Origin: Mytilus edulis
Taxonomy: Eukaryota
Assembly (NCBI RefSeq): GCF_963676685.1
Contig: NC_092353.1
Location: forward strand, 23,932,001-23,996,000
DNA: 64,000 bases
Direction: 5' to 3'
Positions 18,004 to 32,800 of the stretch are shown in pieces. Position 1 is the first letter of the stretch. The number at the start of each line of letters is the position of its first letter. The notes below the pieces were generated by a model that was not told the DNA's origin, did no database searches, and worked only from the letters and a program-made list of their open reading frames with translations. The position numbers and the translations under genes are program-made.

Positions 18004-19699
18004 AAAATATTAAAATATGATGCCGACATTGATTTTGCTTTGGTTATTTCCAAAATTGGATTTGGAGTATACAAATTGCAACATTTATAAATCTTCATTT
18101 AAACAGTTATAAAATGAACATTTGTGTTGGTAGAAAAAGTAATATATAATTTGACTAAAGATTGATTTCTAGGCAGATTTTGCGCGAATTTTCGTTTGAC
18201 CTTACTGCCACGTTTGAATTCATTAAGTATTTAAATAAGGCTTGAAATTTGTCATTTTGTTTGCTACTACATATGTAATCTTATTAAAAATTATACAGTC
18301 AACATTAAGTTAAATATGAAGAGTTATAATGACTGTATATCCATGCATCTTTCAGATCAGAGTGATATTTTCAAACGTTTTTAAAAGCCTGTAGAATAGA
18401 TACTTTTATTTACTTAAACATTAATTGTTGTTCTAATGACATACTCGACAAAAACTCATGTCTTAAGTAAAACTATTATAATATAAGTGTATATACATGA
18501 CAGTTGTCACTATAATATGAGGCCCAAGAGTTCGATAGGATATCTTAATAAAAGTTTAGTGCGCACGAGTTTTGAAAAACCGTCTTCATAATCGTTCAAG
18601 TAAAAAAGTGTTGTGATCTGAAAACATAAAACAATTAAGAGCAGCAATACCAACTGCATCTATACAGTAGTGTCAAAACTGTTTTAGGATGAACTTTAAC
18701 CCAGAGTGTTGCAACCTTATAAAGAAGGGGATCCATTGCAATAATTTTGATCTTTAATTGAAAATATAGTTTTATTTTTTTCAGCCAGGAAATGTATGTT
18801 ATATTAAAATTTTGTCTTTGGCAATTCATAATTTTACTATAACAACTCGACTGTGCATTAATTTCTTTCGTTTAGTGCCAATTTAAAATGTATATACATG
18901 TAATTGCACAATAATTGGTTGAGTCTTATTTTTGTCTTAGCTATCCATTTATGAGTAAACCAGCTCCTACAATACGTTGTGGTTATGTGTTTCACATTCG
19001 TTGCTTCATATTTTAATGATAAAAATTGCGCCAAAAAGTCAAAATCCTTTAAAATATTTACAATGCGTCTTTAGTATGAAAGATTTGTAATCTTCCTCGT
19101 CAAAGTAAAATTATGTAGGAGACATTGGTGAGAATACGTGATCCTTTACATTTAGTTGTTTTCTATTTTACATGTAAGTATGTAGGTGGATATAATTATA
19201 TGTAAGTGCTTTCTAATCTTTCCATCAATTGTTTCACATTTTTTTTAAATATATAATCAATGTTCTTAAAAATGAGGATCAACATATTCTTATTTTTATA
19301 TTTTGTTTAGATAATTTTTCTTGGCGTGTGTAAAATGTGGTTTTCCGTTTGTTTTTATTGAACATACGTCATATGCATTGTTTTTGTAACTTGAAATTAA
19401 AAGTACGTATCATATAAGAAATTGGGTAAATTCATAATGTGTAGCTATATGACAAATACCAATTATAGCCACTTTACCAAAACTGAGAAACTAGATTAAA
19501 AATAACCATCGACTTCTAAAATACCTACCCTTCATCTTCTTTCCCGAATCATCCCCATTGTATATGCATGTATGTCTACCGTTTTATGTAATGGTGATTA
19601 TACTTAGAAGGTCGATCACACTTGCATGCAAAAGGAAAAAAGAGAAAGGGGACGTCGATATATGAATAAAATCAACGCATTAAAACTTAAAGCTATAAA

Positions 19700-19830
19700 G
19701 ATACAACCATATTCAGCGACCATAAACAATTTTATCTTTCTGCCAGGAGATAGGATATCTTCAGCATATCTAGAAGTTAAATTGAAGTTCTTTGAAAGAT
19801 TATTTTTTTTAAACCTATATCTAGAGGATA
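19700..19830 (-). mobile_element. Degenerate Penelope-like RT remnant
   Basis: Minus-strand LSKNFNLTSRYAEDILS resembles the Penelope-like RT motif region FNFTFRYIDDVLS. Confidence 0.35.
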
Positions 19831-20855
19831 AACCATAAATCAAAATGATCAACGAATTACAAATTGAAATTTGGTACCAATGAAGATAAATAGAAATCCA
19901 CAGTATGTAAACAGGCATTCAAATTTAATTCTAGTACGTTTTGTTAACTTATTGACTTTGACCATGTGAGTGCGACAAGGATAGGAGAAATTGGTGCAAC
20001 CAATTATTATAACAATGAAGATATTTATTCGAGATAAAAGGCATGGAATTGACAAACACAATAAGGAAAAATGACATACAAATATAGCACTAGACGTACA
20101 TAAGATTTTAAAGTTGCAGACACTGAAATAGTTTACAGTTATGATCTCTAAACATTATAATTCAAAATGAAAATTATGAAAATTTTCATCATTTTAATAT
20201 TTGACTGGACTGTAATATTATTTAATGGACTAGATTTTCACTGTAGAGTAACTAAACCCTTAGGACGACTCTAAAAAAATATTGAATCTTATTTTCAATG
20301 ATGTCCTAAATTCTTCGTAATCTACTTTCCTTTTCTAAAAATTGTATATTTTTGGAAAATACACAAAATCACTGGTGAACATATCAAACCTACATTTGAA
20401 AAAATGTCTTACTTTCGATTTAGCGAGTGGTCACATTGTGTCCTTTGGTAAACAGAGACAGTTTCAAGTCTTTTTGTGATGAGTTTGTAAGTAGTATAAA
20501 ACGAATCTGTATGATTCTGAAGAAGACCTAAGGAGAGAATTAACTTTAAATATCAATGCTCCATGGTTAGCATACCACAGTAAAGCTAAATACGAATAAA
20601 AGGGACGACCAGAAATCAGTTAGGGAAGACTGGAATGATAATTCATTATTGCCAGTTTTAAAAAAATATATCTACCAGGAACCAGTTGGATAATACCTGG
20701 ATGAAATAAATATTGCCAGTATTTAAAAATATAGCTTATATTTCTACATTCTTGCATAGTTTCTATTTTAAATCCAGAATTCCCCTTTGTCTTTTAAATT
20801 CTCTGCTCTATTTAATTTTAATAAACATGTATTTCAAATGCTTGCAAATTATGAC

Positions 20856-20863
20856 TATAAATA
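20856..20863 (+). promoter_or_regulatory. Candidate TATA box of the YWTD-EGF-KDEL gene
   Basis: TATAAATA about 170 nt upstream of the signal-peptide ATG at 21028. The AT-rich background makes this weak. Confidence 0.3.
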
Positions 20864-21027
20864 GCTGATTTAACTTAGGTGTAGTTATTTATTGAATACA
20901 TAAATTTTCATGAATCTATTTGTTACCCATAGCCAACATCGAAAGTACAAATATTTCATGAATTCAATATAACTCTAAACTTAGAGGAAGTTTATTTGAC
21001 ATTACATACTTACATGTAATAGTGAAC

Positions 21028-24000
21028 ATGAAAACAGCAGATAGAAATATTATAATTTTTTTGTGTTTTGGTAGTTTATTTTTACAAGTATCAGCATTCT
21101 TTGATGGTATGTTAAACTGTTGTAATACATCGTTCATTTATTTGACTACTAGTATAGCGTTTTTGTGCAAGTTTTAAGTAAAGTCTTTCAATTTTAGAAA
21201 TTATATAGTTGTTTAAATATATTTTTTAACAAAAGAGAATATAATACAGATAAACTCATCGATCCTTGGAATAAACTTATTTTTACAGGATATCTATTTA
21301 ACGTCGTAGTTAAATTTTTGAATATCATTTTTATCGATATTAACATTGTAATTTGATTTTGGTTTTGATGAATTAACATAAAAAAAATGACATTTGTTTG
21401 GCTGTACAGTACGCAAACGTATGGTCCTACACATTTCCGATAGGATAATATTCGGAATGAATATTTGGAATGCGTCAAAAAGACAACAACCCGACCAAAG
21501 AGCAGAAAACAGACGACGACAAAAATGGGTCTACAGCACAGCAAGAATTCAAATTCTGCAACCAGAAGCGGGCTTCACTTTTACTTAGAAAGCTTTGAAA
21601 CATATAAATTAACTTAGATTTAAAAAAAAACACCATAAGGATGTAGTTATAGTTTTGCATTGGAAAAGGTCATGCTTTTCTCGGAGCATTTGTAACGCCA
21701 TACCTTAATGAATTAGATGTCTCCTGGCTGGGACATAAGCCTGGCAGACTAGGATTTATTTAGAAGTTGTTATTGGCTTTGAACTAGCTTTTATTAACTA
21801 TGAGTAATGCTTGATCGTAGCTAACTGTCACAGTCTTTTGCATTTATGTTAGTTGTTTTCGTGTTTAGTGCCAATCTTATTAGCCGAATTGTGAGACATT
21901 CTAGGAGATTTACACATCTTTTCTAATGCGCTTTTGTTACACCACTGTGTCAGGATATTCAGTATTGAGCCCTTACAATCATGACTTAAGTCGTGTGTAT
22001 GGTGACTGTCTGTAACATGTGTTGTCTATAGGTGTATGGTGACTGTCTGTAACATTTGTTGTCTATAGGTGTATGGTGACTGTCTGTAACATTTGTTGTC
22101 TATAGGTGTATGGTGACTGTCTGTAACATTTGTTGTCTATAGGTGTATGGTGACTGTCTGTAACATTTGTTGTCTGTAGGTTTGTTTTTTTCACATTTTG
22201 TTATGCATTGATCTTTTACATCTGGACTACTGTACGTACATGAATGTTATTGGTTTGTTATTGGATTGTTGAAGTCCGTGAGTTTATCTAAAGTTGCTGA
22301 CATCTCTTTATTTTGCTCTGGTCGATAGTTGTTTCATTTGAAATCATACTGCATCTCCTTATTCTCATATCTATAAAGAACTGCAAAGGAGTGTAAATTA
22401 AAGTACCTGTTCAGTAGTTATCGTTTGTTGATGTGGTTCATAATTTTTCTCGTTTCTCGTTTTTTATATAGATTAGACTTTTGGTTTTTCTGTTTGAATT
22501 GTTTTACACTAGTCATTTTTGGTCCATTTGAAGCTTGCTGTTCGCGATCGGTCGGAGTCAATGGTCCGTGCTGAATGCCGTATTTTGACCTATAATTGTT
22601 TACTTTTAACACATTGTGACTTGGAATAAGTGTTGTTTCATTGGCACCCAAACCACATCTTCTAAAGCTTTCATTTTTTTTATGAACAAGCGGGGTTTTT
22701 TTTATTATCAAAAACTTATATATAGTTGATTCAAGATAATAAAAAGATTACTTTCTCCCAATATAAAAAGGGATATCAAGAACAAAAGTGAATATGAACA
22801 TGTTGTTTCAAAGTAAAAAAATGCATGCTCTTTGGTCGGAATTTTGTCTCTTTGACACAATCCCCATTTCCATTTCCATTTTCAATTTTAGATGACAAAA
22901 TGATATTATGATGAATACTGAACGTCAAGGGTAAATAAGTAGAAAAAAGGGATTTGTTTATCTTAATAAAAACGTTGCTTCAATTTTATTTTTCACAGGA
23001 ACACATCCAAATTTATTGTACGCTAATATACTTCAAATCGACTCAATTGAAATAAACACATGGAGAAACAACAGTGTTGTTCCAGGCTTGTCCAGGGCTA
23101 TATCATTAGATTATCACTATTCCATGGGGCTCATCTTCTGGACAGATGTTCTAGAAATGAAAATAGCAACGTAAGTAATATCGTTTCATATGAGTTTCTC
23201 TGATCAGCATATTATAAATCGTTCAAAACAAACTATCAATCATTTAAAGATATTTGTTATATACCAGGTTAAATATTTTTAAACTAATATCTATATTGCA
23301 ATGTAGTCAAACATGAAAAAAAACCACTTTAATTTTCCATTTTTTCCCATTAAAACAGGATGCATATAGATAACATACTGAACATAAACGAAGACATAGT
23401 AAGAACAAAGATTGGTAGACCTGATGGTATAGCTGTGGATTGGATATACAACCATCTGTACTGGACTGATGATGTTTACCATCATATACAAGTCTCTAAT
23501 CTAGACGGCAGTATGAGAAGGACACTTATTGATTATGGAATAGAAAGACCCAGAGCTCTCGCTTTAGATCCTAACAGAGGGTACGTCAACACGATACAAT
23601 GGCTAATGTATAAACTACATGCATCTTATTATTTCTTGATTGACTTCAACATTTCTTTGACTTCACTGTGTGGTTTCCATAACAACCCAAGTCATATTTA
23701 TCATTTGACTGCTTCGTCTATTCGTTTTGACACAACTGTTTTACATAATTTTATATGTTTTCTTTTGCAATTTTTTGTATTTACAAATAATTTATTTCTT
23801 TTTCCTGTCCTTTGAAGCTGAAATTGAGCGTTACAATTAAAAGCAACCCGAAAAAACCTTCGAAGGTATATCATTATTAAATGCTATTTTGAAGTTTTTT
23901 CAAATAAGTTTAATTGATAATTCATAATAATAACATCAGATGTTTATATGTTTCATTATAATACGTTATTCTGATTGGCTAACTGCAATCTTGCGTTATT

Positions 24001-27000
24001 CCTTAATCAACTTCATTTAACATAATACAATTTTCATTCATAATAACACGAGGTCCCACAATAAAGTGCACAGGTAAATTAAATAAAAACTTGATAAAAA
24101 CCGTGTTTTCATGATCCTAGCTTAAAAATGTAATTATAAGTATGGAATGCTTCTTTTTGTAACTTCATAGGGTTGTAAAAGCGTTGACCGTGCGCACATT
24201 TTTAGAATGAAGCTCGTCCGCGCTTCAAACAAAATGTACTTCGGTCAACGCTTTTACAACCAATGAAGTTACAAAAAGAAGCATTCAATTCTTAACTAAA
24301 GAAACATAAAAGTTGCAACTTGTCATGAAACTAACTTTTTATAAGAAGAAAACTAACTCAACCTAAATGAATTAAAAAAATATATGATTAGCGCCACGCA
24401 CTGGCTTGACCACTCATCCTTTGAATTATTCGTTGCAGAATAATGTTCTTCTCTGACTGGGGAAGTGTTCCTCGGATAGAAAGATGTGGACTAGATGGAC
24501 GGGATAGGCAGATTATAGTAGTGACTGATATTGCCTGGCCTAATGGACTTGTTATAGGTATTCAATACACATTATTTTGTTTACAAGCGCCAGTAACTAC
24601 ATTATTAAAATAAATATTGTTATTGTTTTAGAATATGTGTTTTACCTCTGCTGATTACAAGTAATTCAACACCATTAAGTGTAAATGCTTTTTTTTTCAC
24701 TGAAATATGTTAAAACCTCTACAAGGAACAATTCATATGTATATAAGCATATTTACTTTGTATACGCGAATCCCTTTTATGTACTACTTCATTTAACATG
24801 GGGGTCCCGGTATCAGAGTGCATGTATAAATAGTAGAACTCTTGTATCACCAGCCAGCTGTGAGTCAACACTGATGTTGAGATTTCGAATCCTGGAATTG
24901 GCAGGTGCACTCGACTTCAATCTTAACTGACTAGAAATATTACTTTTTCTACCAAAGGTCGGTCGTTCTCTCTAAGCACTCCGGTTACCCCCGCCAATAT
25001 AACAGACCGCCACGAAATAGTGTTTAAACAGGCGTTCAAACACCTACATGTATCAATCAATTATTAAAACAATTAATGGTTATTAATGAACTTTTTATAA
25101 AAAAAAAGCGCTTGGGTAGAAAACAAAACCTAAATGGTATTTTTTAAAGACAATAGTTCTTATTTGAATATACTAGTATTTCTTTATAAAAATATTAAAA
25201 TCATTAAATTCTCAAACTGCAGATCACAAAGAGGATAGACTTTATTGGACAGATGGAGCTTTATTTCAAATCAAATCTTCAACATTGGACGGAAAAGATG
25301 TGAAGACAATAATCAAAGATGTCAAATATCTGCCTCATCCATTTGGTATCGCTGTTCATAACCAATATGTTTACTGGACTAATTGGGAGTATAAATCGTT
25401 GTTGAGAACTAATAAATACGACGGATCTTACGTCGAAACAGTGCAAAGAGACTTGACATCACCGATGGATATTAAATTGTATGGCAGTAATGTTCAGCGA
25501 GATTTAGGTAGGTGTTTTGATATATCACCTCCTCTACGATCTGGCAGTCATGAAATATTTTTAAAAAATAATTGCTATATGCTTGTTCATTTAACTATTT
25601 AAAATTATTTCATCTTGCAAACATCTCCGGTACTGACATGATTAATAACAAACCTTTTTAAGTTGTTTGCCCATTTATAAATTTGGAAATATAAAGAAAC
25701 TAAATAAATGTTGCAACACCCTCAGGCAAAATGGCTTAAGAAGGATTTGGATATTAGCTCAGTTCTTTTTTTATTTTATAGCTCTTCAACTTTATCGGTT
25801 TTATTCATCCTTGGCTTTCAAATATTCAGCTTTGGCCGTTCCTGATGAAAGTGAATCCAGAAAAGCGTTTCAAACGCATTAAAATAACGTGTTATTACTT
25901 TGTATTGAGCACAAGCCGAGTCCATAAATTTAAAGATTCTAGAATTACACAAAATAAAACACAAAGAAAAGGACAGAAGATATCAAGAAAACGCTTACAA
26001 ATCATTAGTCGACTCAAAAACAGATAGCATTCTACAAAACACTACAAAGAACAGTCAGGACAAATATTGCTGGCTTCAGCGTGTTCGATTTGCAAATAAT
26101 TACATGTCTCTTATTAAAACTATTTGTGTTGATTACTTCTGTTTCATGAACATATCATGCCATTGCTATGCCTTCTTTGTGAAGCAGGATCAAATGTTTG
26201 TGGATATTTTAACGGAGGATGTTCACATCTGTGTTTTCCAACATCACCATGGTCAAAAAGAAACGCTAAGTACACGTGTTCTTGTCCGGATGGGTATGAC
26301 ATCGAGTCTGATAATCAAACTTGTACAAAACATGGTAGGTGTTTGGCTACAGTTTTAAGTATTGTATTTTTTAACCAAAATCATGATCACCTTTCATATT
26401 CTAAGTTGATTAGGCCCACTAGAACACAACTGTGCCATCGCAGGTCCGTGACTGAAATGAAGTACCTATGCCTTAGTTTTACTCTAGCTTTTAGTTTCCA
26501 TATTGTCATCTCATAAAGTCGTGGTGATTGTAATGTGCAAATTTTTTTCTCTGCTTTCAACACTCTTACTGTTTGAGCCCGTCCTGATTTTCTTACTACA
26601 ACAATAATCTTAATCATAAATTAAATTTGATTTTTTGTTATCTTATTAACCATTTAGTGGTGATGAGGTGGAGAAGGACATACTTGTTAAATAGTGTACT
26701 TGCGTATTACATGGAAATAAAAAAAAAACCTACTAATAAATGAAACCAGGTTTACCTGATTCAGGGGGGATTTTCAGATACAACAAAAAAATCAGCATTG
26801 TAGATTGCCTTTCTTATTGTTTTCGTTTAATCTTTAATTTCATTTTACTTAATTTATAACAATATAAAAGAAAAGAAATTAAAGAAATTATTATAAATAA
26901 TTTTAATTTTTGAGTGGGAAGACATACGTAGGCTGAATCTTTTGCCCTTTCTGAACAAAACATTACATTTTTCTGTGTCCAAATAAAAAACAATGACTTC

Positions 27001-29830
27001 AAAGTTGTCATGATTATCATTTATAATATAAAGAATACAGACGGCCACTATAAAGTGTTATTCTCACAGAAAAAAAAAGAGTTTTATTTCATATCTATAA
27101 TACTAAAATAACGAGGTCCAATCAACTTTATAAAGAGCTAATATAGGATTATTGTATCTTCATCTTATAGTTCCCTCCTCCGCCATTTTGAATTCTGTCT
27201 GCACCTACTATTTTTTCGGCACAATTGGAACTCGTTCAGAACACAGTTCTGTCTCGTATAACTGAACTTCCGGTTGATTCCGTGCATTCCGATCGTCTAG
27301 ACTCGCCAACCGAGCGCACTCGTATATACTATTGGTATCGTTGTCAGATTCGACCCGGAACTTGTTCTTGAAGACTTGTTTTCTTTATGGATTGAAATAT
27401 CTCTTTGTGTAAACTATCAGTTTAAACTATACTTTATAATAAATACAGTCATGTAATACAATAAATTTATTTTAGGAGGAAATACACAGCTAATTTTAGC
27501 TGAACATCAGAGCATTTCCAGGATAGACTTAGATTCTCTTCAATCAGACTCTCTTGATGTGACTGGCTTGCTGAACACTATAGCAATTGACTTTCACTTG
27601 GAAAAAGATCTGATATTTTGGACAGACGTTACATTGAAAGGCATTTACGTGTAAGGCATAATATGTATTCTAATCTTGTATCTATGCACGGAAGCGTATT
27701 AATCACTGGTGGTAAGCGCATGGTCGTAACTAAAAGTTACGACCATCTGAATATGGGAGACAACTCTAGGGATAAGTTTTTCTTTTCCGATTATCGTGCA
27801 GTAAAAGGTTCATTTGAGTCAAACCGCTTGTCTCATATACACATATCGTGAGTGCATTCTTATTGAAACCAAATTTGACACATAAAATCATTCCAATTTT
27901 CGTAAAATAGTCATTCAAAAATTCGAGCATGATGGTCGTAACTTTAACTTGTGATGGTCGTAATGTCAACTGTAGTATTTTGGATGATGGTCGTAACCGA
28001 CACAAGATGGTCGTAACTTTGAAAGATGACCGTAACTCATGTATTTAGACGAACTTTTATCAAGCTATTTTAAAAGTACTGTGCACATGCATAACCATGT
28101 TAATAAACTCAGTTGTTATACAAAGTTTACTACAAAAAAATATTATTTCATTTGTTACTCTGAGAATGGTATGCAGAAATTAAGTTAAAGAAATATCAAT
28201 CATACATTTTTGATATGTTCCAAACGACCATCATTTAGGAGAAACAGTGAAAATTAATCAACTCACATTAAGCCAAATGGTATGTTAGGGTTGAGTATTA
28301 ATATATTTTTACTGTACGTTAAGACATAAAATTGTTGAATATTTGCTTTCAGATTTTTTTTTTTACTTACGACTTTTTACTTCCTGCAAATATGTCGGCA
28401 GATGAAATTATTGAACGTACAATTTTGAACAATCTTCTTTAAGTTTTAATCAGCTATTGCAGTTTTTATAAACTATTGGCTTTCAAATATTCGGCTTTTG
28501 GTGAATCATGAATAATGAAAATCCACAAATGCCTGGTGTTTTTATCGTGTTGTCTTTATTTTTTATCAATTGCATGACGATCTTGCGGTATATCATTGAT
28601 AATTGTTATAAGTATTGTTTCAGAATAAAAACTTAATCCATGGTGTCGCAATGAACATTGTGTTAACCTAGAAAGTATGAATAAGGTTGATATATTTTAC
28701 AATGCTACACGCGTTGAATTTAAGAGTAAGATCAAATATCAGTAGTTTGTAGACAGGATAATATTACAAGGTAGAACTAAATGTACTGCGGCAAATATTA
28801 CATACATATATGCAGGTATATATTTTACAATGATACACGCTTTGAATTTAAGAGTAAGATCAAATATTAGTAGTTTATAGCCAGCCTTGTAGCTAAGATA
28901 ATATTACAAGGTAGAACTAAATGTACTGCGGCAACTATCACATACATATGCAGGTTGAAAATAATATTTATGTTATATGTTTATATTGTATGAATGTACT
29001 CAGATTTAAAAGACCAGCACGCTGAGTTGAAGCATAAAGATCCATATTTTAAATATTATCCTGGATACAATCTATGTATGAATACTGTTTGCTGAAGTCC
29101 TTTTGCTGAAATTCAAAAAAAAAATACATTATCATCAGCACATAGTAAACAATATGAATTGCTGACCCCCATATTCCTTAGAAAGAAGTTTAAGGATCCA
29201 TACTGTGAAGGAATTTTTTTAACTCGTGTAGAAATTTTGACTCTAAATATGCCTCCTCTAGTAGTGGAAAGATGATCCCAAATTGTCAAGCCTGTGCCAG
29301 TATCTGATCATAGACTTTGCAATGACAAAATACAGAGTGAATCTACCGAGCTAAGAAAGAAAGGCAAAATGTGTTTCTCTTTTGGTAACACCAAGTAAAT
29401 TTTTACAAAATTCAATGCGTAGTCTTTCTGAAAGAATCTTAGGATAAGCCTGATCTACATTTTTTTGCTGAAGTTAAAAAAAAATGGCAAGATCATCAGC
29501 ATATGTATAGTAAAGAATAGGCTGGTCGTGAATAAACAACAGCTGGACCAGGGGAACTTTTAACACAATCAGGAAGTTCATTTATAAAAAAATTTAACAA
29601 ATTTGGACTCAAATTATCTCCCTGTTTTACTCCAACTTTAGTTCTAAAGAGATCTCTTACCATACTCTAACTATAAATCAATAGCTTAAGTTTTATCCAT
29701 GGGAGAATGACAGTATCAAAAGCCTTCTGGATATCAACAAAGCAGGCAAACACTCTACCTTCTTTTGTATTACAATACTTATTTATAATAGTTTTTAGAA
29801 TGAACATAATATATGGTCAGATGGTTGTGT

Positions 29831-29882
<52 letters not shown>

Positions 29883-32800
29883 GTAAACCAAATTTGGCTC
29901 TCATCAATGATATGATATTTATCTAAGGATTTACAAAAGACGTGTATCAAGTATCTTTATAAAAAGGCTTCAGTAATTGTAATTCCTCGATAGTTATTAA
30001 GATCGGATGCATCATTCCCTTTATGAATTGGGAATAAAAGACGTGTGGTCCAGGGTTCATGGTATTTTCCATAAGAAAGACAAAGATGTATAACGGATAG
30101 CATGGTACCAATAGGCGTTTTCAGAATTTTCTAAAACCACGGGTAATAATTATACCTGAACTTCGAATTTGCACCTTATAATCAGCTTGACTATATACCA
30201 AATGACAATACGACTTCTCAAATTCCAGGCTAAGAATAAGATGTATGTTGTTTAATTCGACAACGGACCTGCGAATTCGCGGATATGGTCTTGTCTCGAT
30301 AACGATATACACATAACATTATTTTGACTCCTTACTTATGCTCTTTCGTCTTAAAGTATCACTTTTAAATTGTAGATTTTTCTTTTAAATTCCACCTAGT
30401 AGGTACATACTAGTTTTTAAAAAGTTTATCTTTTCAATACATGCACAATATAAAGAAAATAAATCAGGATACTGTTATTTCATGTGATGTCAAATTTGTT
30501 AAAATCGCCTTTTCTTAATTCGTAACTAAGAATGATCATAACCAGAGCTGTGTGTTAAAATGAATTCTCCACTTTTGAGAATTTATATTGTTATTAAACT
30601 TAACAGCTTATAATTAGTTGCCTCTTGGTTGATTTTATACATTATAGTTTAAGTAACAGTGACTGGTCATTTCATTTTGTATTGGTTTTTTTTTTCGATT
30701 CGTTCCAATTTTCTTTCCTTTCGCACTTTACAGGTATCCCTCTCTTCACCTCTTTTAGTTTTTATCATTTAGTGAAATCAACTTCACCAATATATCATAT
30801 AATATATTCATATAACAAAAGACACGTTTAAAACTATTGACTTGTCTTATTAGGTCCTATTTAATAAAGAGTTACGACCATCCTGAACATTTTTGTTTTT
30901 TTAGTTACGACCATCATGCTCGAATTATTGAATGATCATTTTACGAAAATTGGAATGTTTTTATGTATCCAATTTTGTTTCAATATCAACGCACTGACGA
31001 TTAGTATGTATGAGACAAGCGGTTTTACTGAAACATTGTTTTACTGCACGAAAATCGGAAAAGGAAAATGTATCCCTAGAGTTGTCTCCCATCTTCGGAT
31101 GGTCGTAACTTTAAGTTACGACCATCCGCTTACCACCAGTGATTAATGACATAGATCCAATTGTATTTTCAAATCAGATTTGTTTTTTATCTTTATATTT
31201 CAAGAATAATCTTTTTACACAATTATTGCAAACTTACAAGTGGTTCAATCTGATAACTACCATTAAAATACAGGTATAATATTAAAAAAAAATAAGGCGA
31301 TGTGGTGTGAACTACCCACCAGGTCATCATACGGACATCAACAATGATCAAAACACATGGCGTCTTATATGAAACGCACTGACTTCAAAAATGAATAATC
31401 GATGAAGTTACATCACCACGAAAATTTTCTTGTCAAGTTTTTACAAAGTGCGCTGCAATATTTTTATAATTTATCTGTTTGTTTGTCAATGTTCCTAATA
31501 TCACTAATCGACATTTATTAAATATTTATTTTCACCTATATTTAGTTCTTATTTGTCTGGAGGATTGCTGTCAGGGCTAGGAATACGAAAGACTATAGTA
31601 TCAGAGGATATAAATACACCTGATGGTATGGCGGTTGATTGGATCTATGATCACATTTATTGGACAGACGCAAGCCTGGATCATATACAAGTGTCCAATC
31701 TAGATGGAACGTTTAAGAAAACCTTGATTAATACTAGGTTAGATCAACCAAGGGCTATTGCTTTACTTCCACAAGAAGGGTATGTTGATTTCTAATCTCG
31801 GTAGATGAAATCTTAATTATAATAAGCTAGCAATTAAATAACAGAATTTACAGCGATCAACGAAGACACACAGGTGTGTGTCTAGAATGTCCTTTTTAGC
31901 TTTTCATAAGACTATGTTTGCCATATTAGTCACTCATATGATATGATATATAGCATGTGACCTATGAGCATCGTTAATGTGTTAAGATGTGTAAGTTTCA
32001 TATTGAGGGTTGCTATCTCATTGGTGGTTTTCTCACATCTTCTTTACTTTGGTTATTAGCGATTACGACATAACAGATTGAAGAGACTAAAAACGATGTA
32101 AACTGTTGCTACAGCATCAGAATAATAGTATTGTTTTGATAAGTTAACCTGTTATTGTTTACTAGTATTTGTTATTTTAAAAGATTTCTCATTACAGCTT
32201 AATGTTCTTTACTGACTGGGGTAATATCCCAAAGATTGAACGGTGCGCTATGGATGGCACAGAACGATACACAATAATTACCAAGGAAATAATATGGCCA
32301 AATGGTATTGTTATCGGTAAGATAATATTATTTAGTACAGAACATTTTTGAAAGAAAATATTTGCATGACATTTGTGAGTAGACATTTCTGCCTAATTCA
32401 ATCCATTATCGTTTGTTGGATATAATTGTTCCCTTGCATGGCAGTCGAAACTAAATATAAGAAATCTAAAATTATCAAAAGTTAAAGAGCAATGAATTCA
32501 GAAAAGAAAGAACAACAAAGTGACACAAAAACATTATAAGTAACACTCCGATTACATCATTAGAGCATATTGCACTGTTTCTATGAAAGACTAGTGTAGA
32601 TCCATTTATTTTCGTGCACATGGGTATCAATTTTTGTGGTTTGGAGAAAGCTTGCATTTTTCGTCAGTATTTGACCTCGAGGTTTTGCCAATTCTGTTAA
32701 CAAAGCATAAAAGTAGCATTCCTGTAAATAAAGACAATATATTTTTCCATAGAAAGGACTTTTTACGACCAAAACTGTACCACTTTGAAAAATCATATCA

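Larger units (their letters stand above)
27704..31141. mobile_element. 3.4-kb non-autonomous CACTA/EnSpm-like DNA transposon in intron 7 of the YWTD gene
   Basis: Termini CACTGGTGGTAAGCG ... CGCTTACCACCAGTG; about 240-bp imperfect TIRs; AT 2-bp flanks (alternatively TTAA flanks if each terminus is taken one base wider); multiple subterminal ATGGTCGTAAC repeats in both orientations; no transposase ORF. Confidence 0.8.

Noticed and set aside
21995-22179. Regular 37-bp repeats resembling a CRISPR array
   Set aside because: Units are head-to-tail with no unique spacers, there are no cas genes, and they sit in a eukaryotic intron: a minisatellite.
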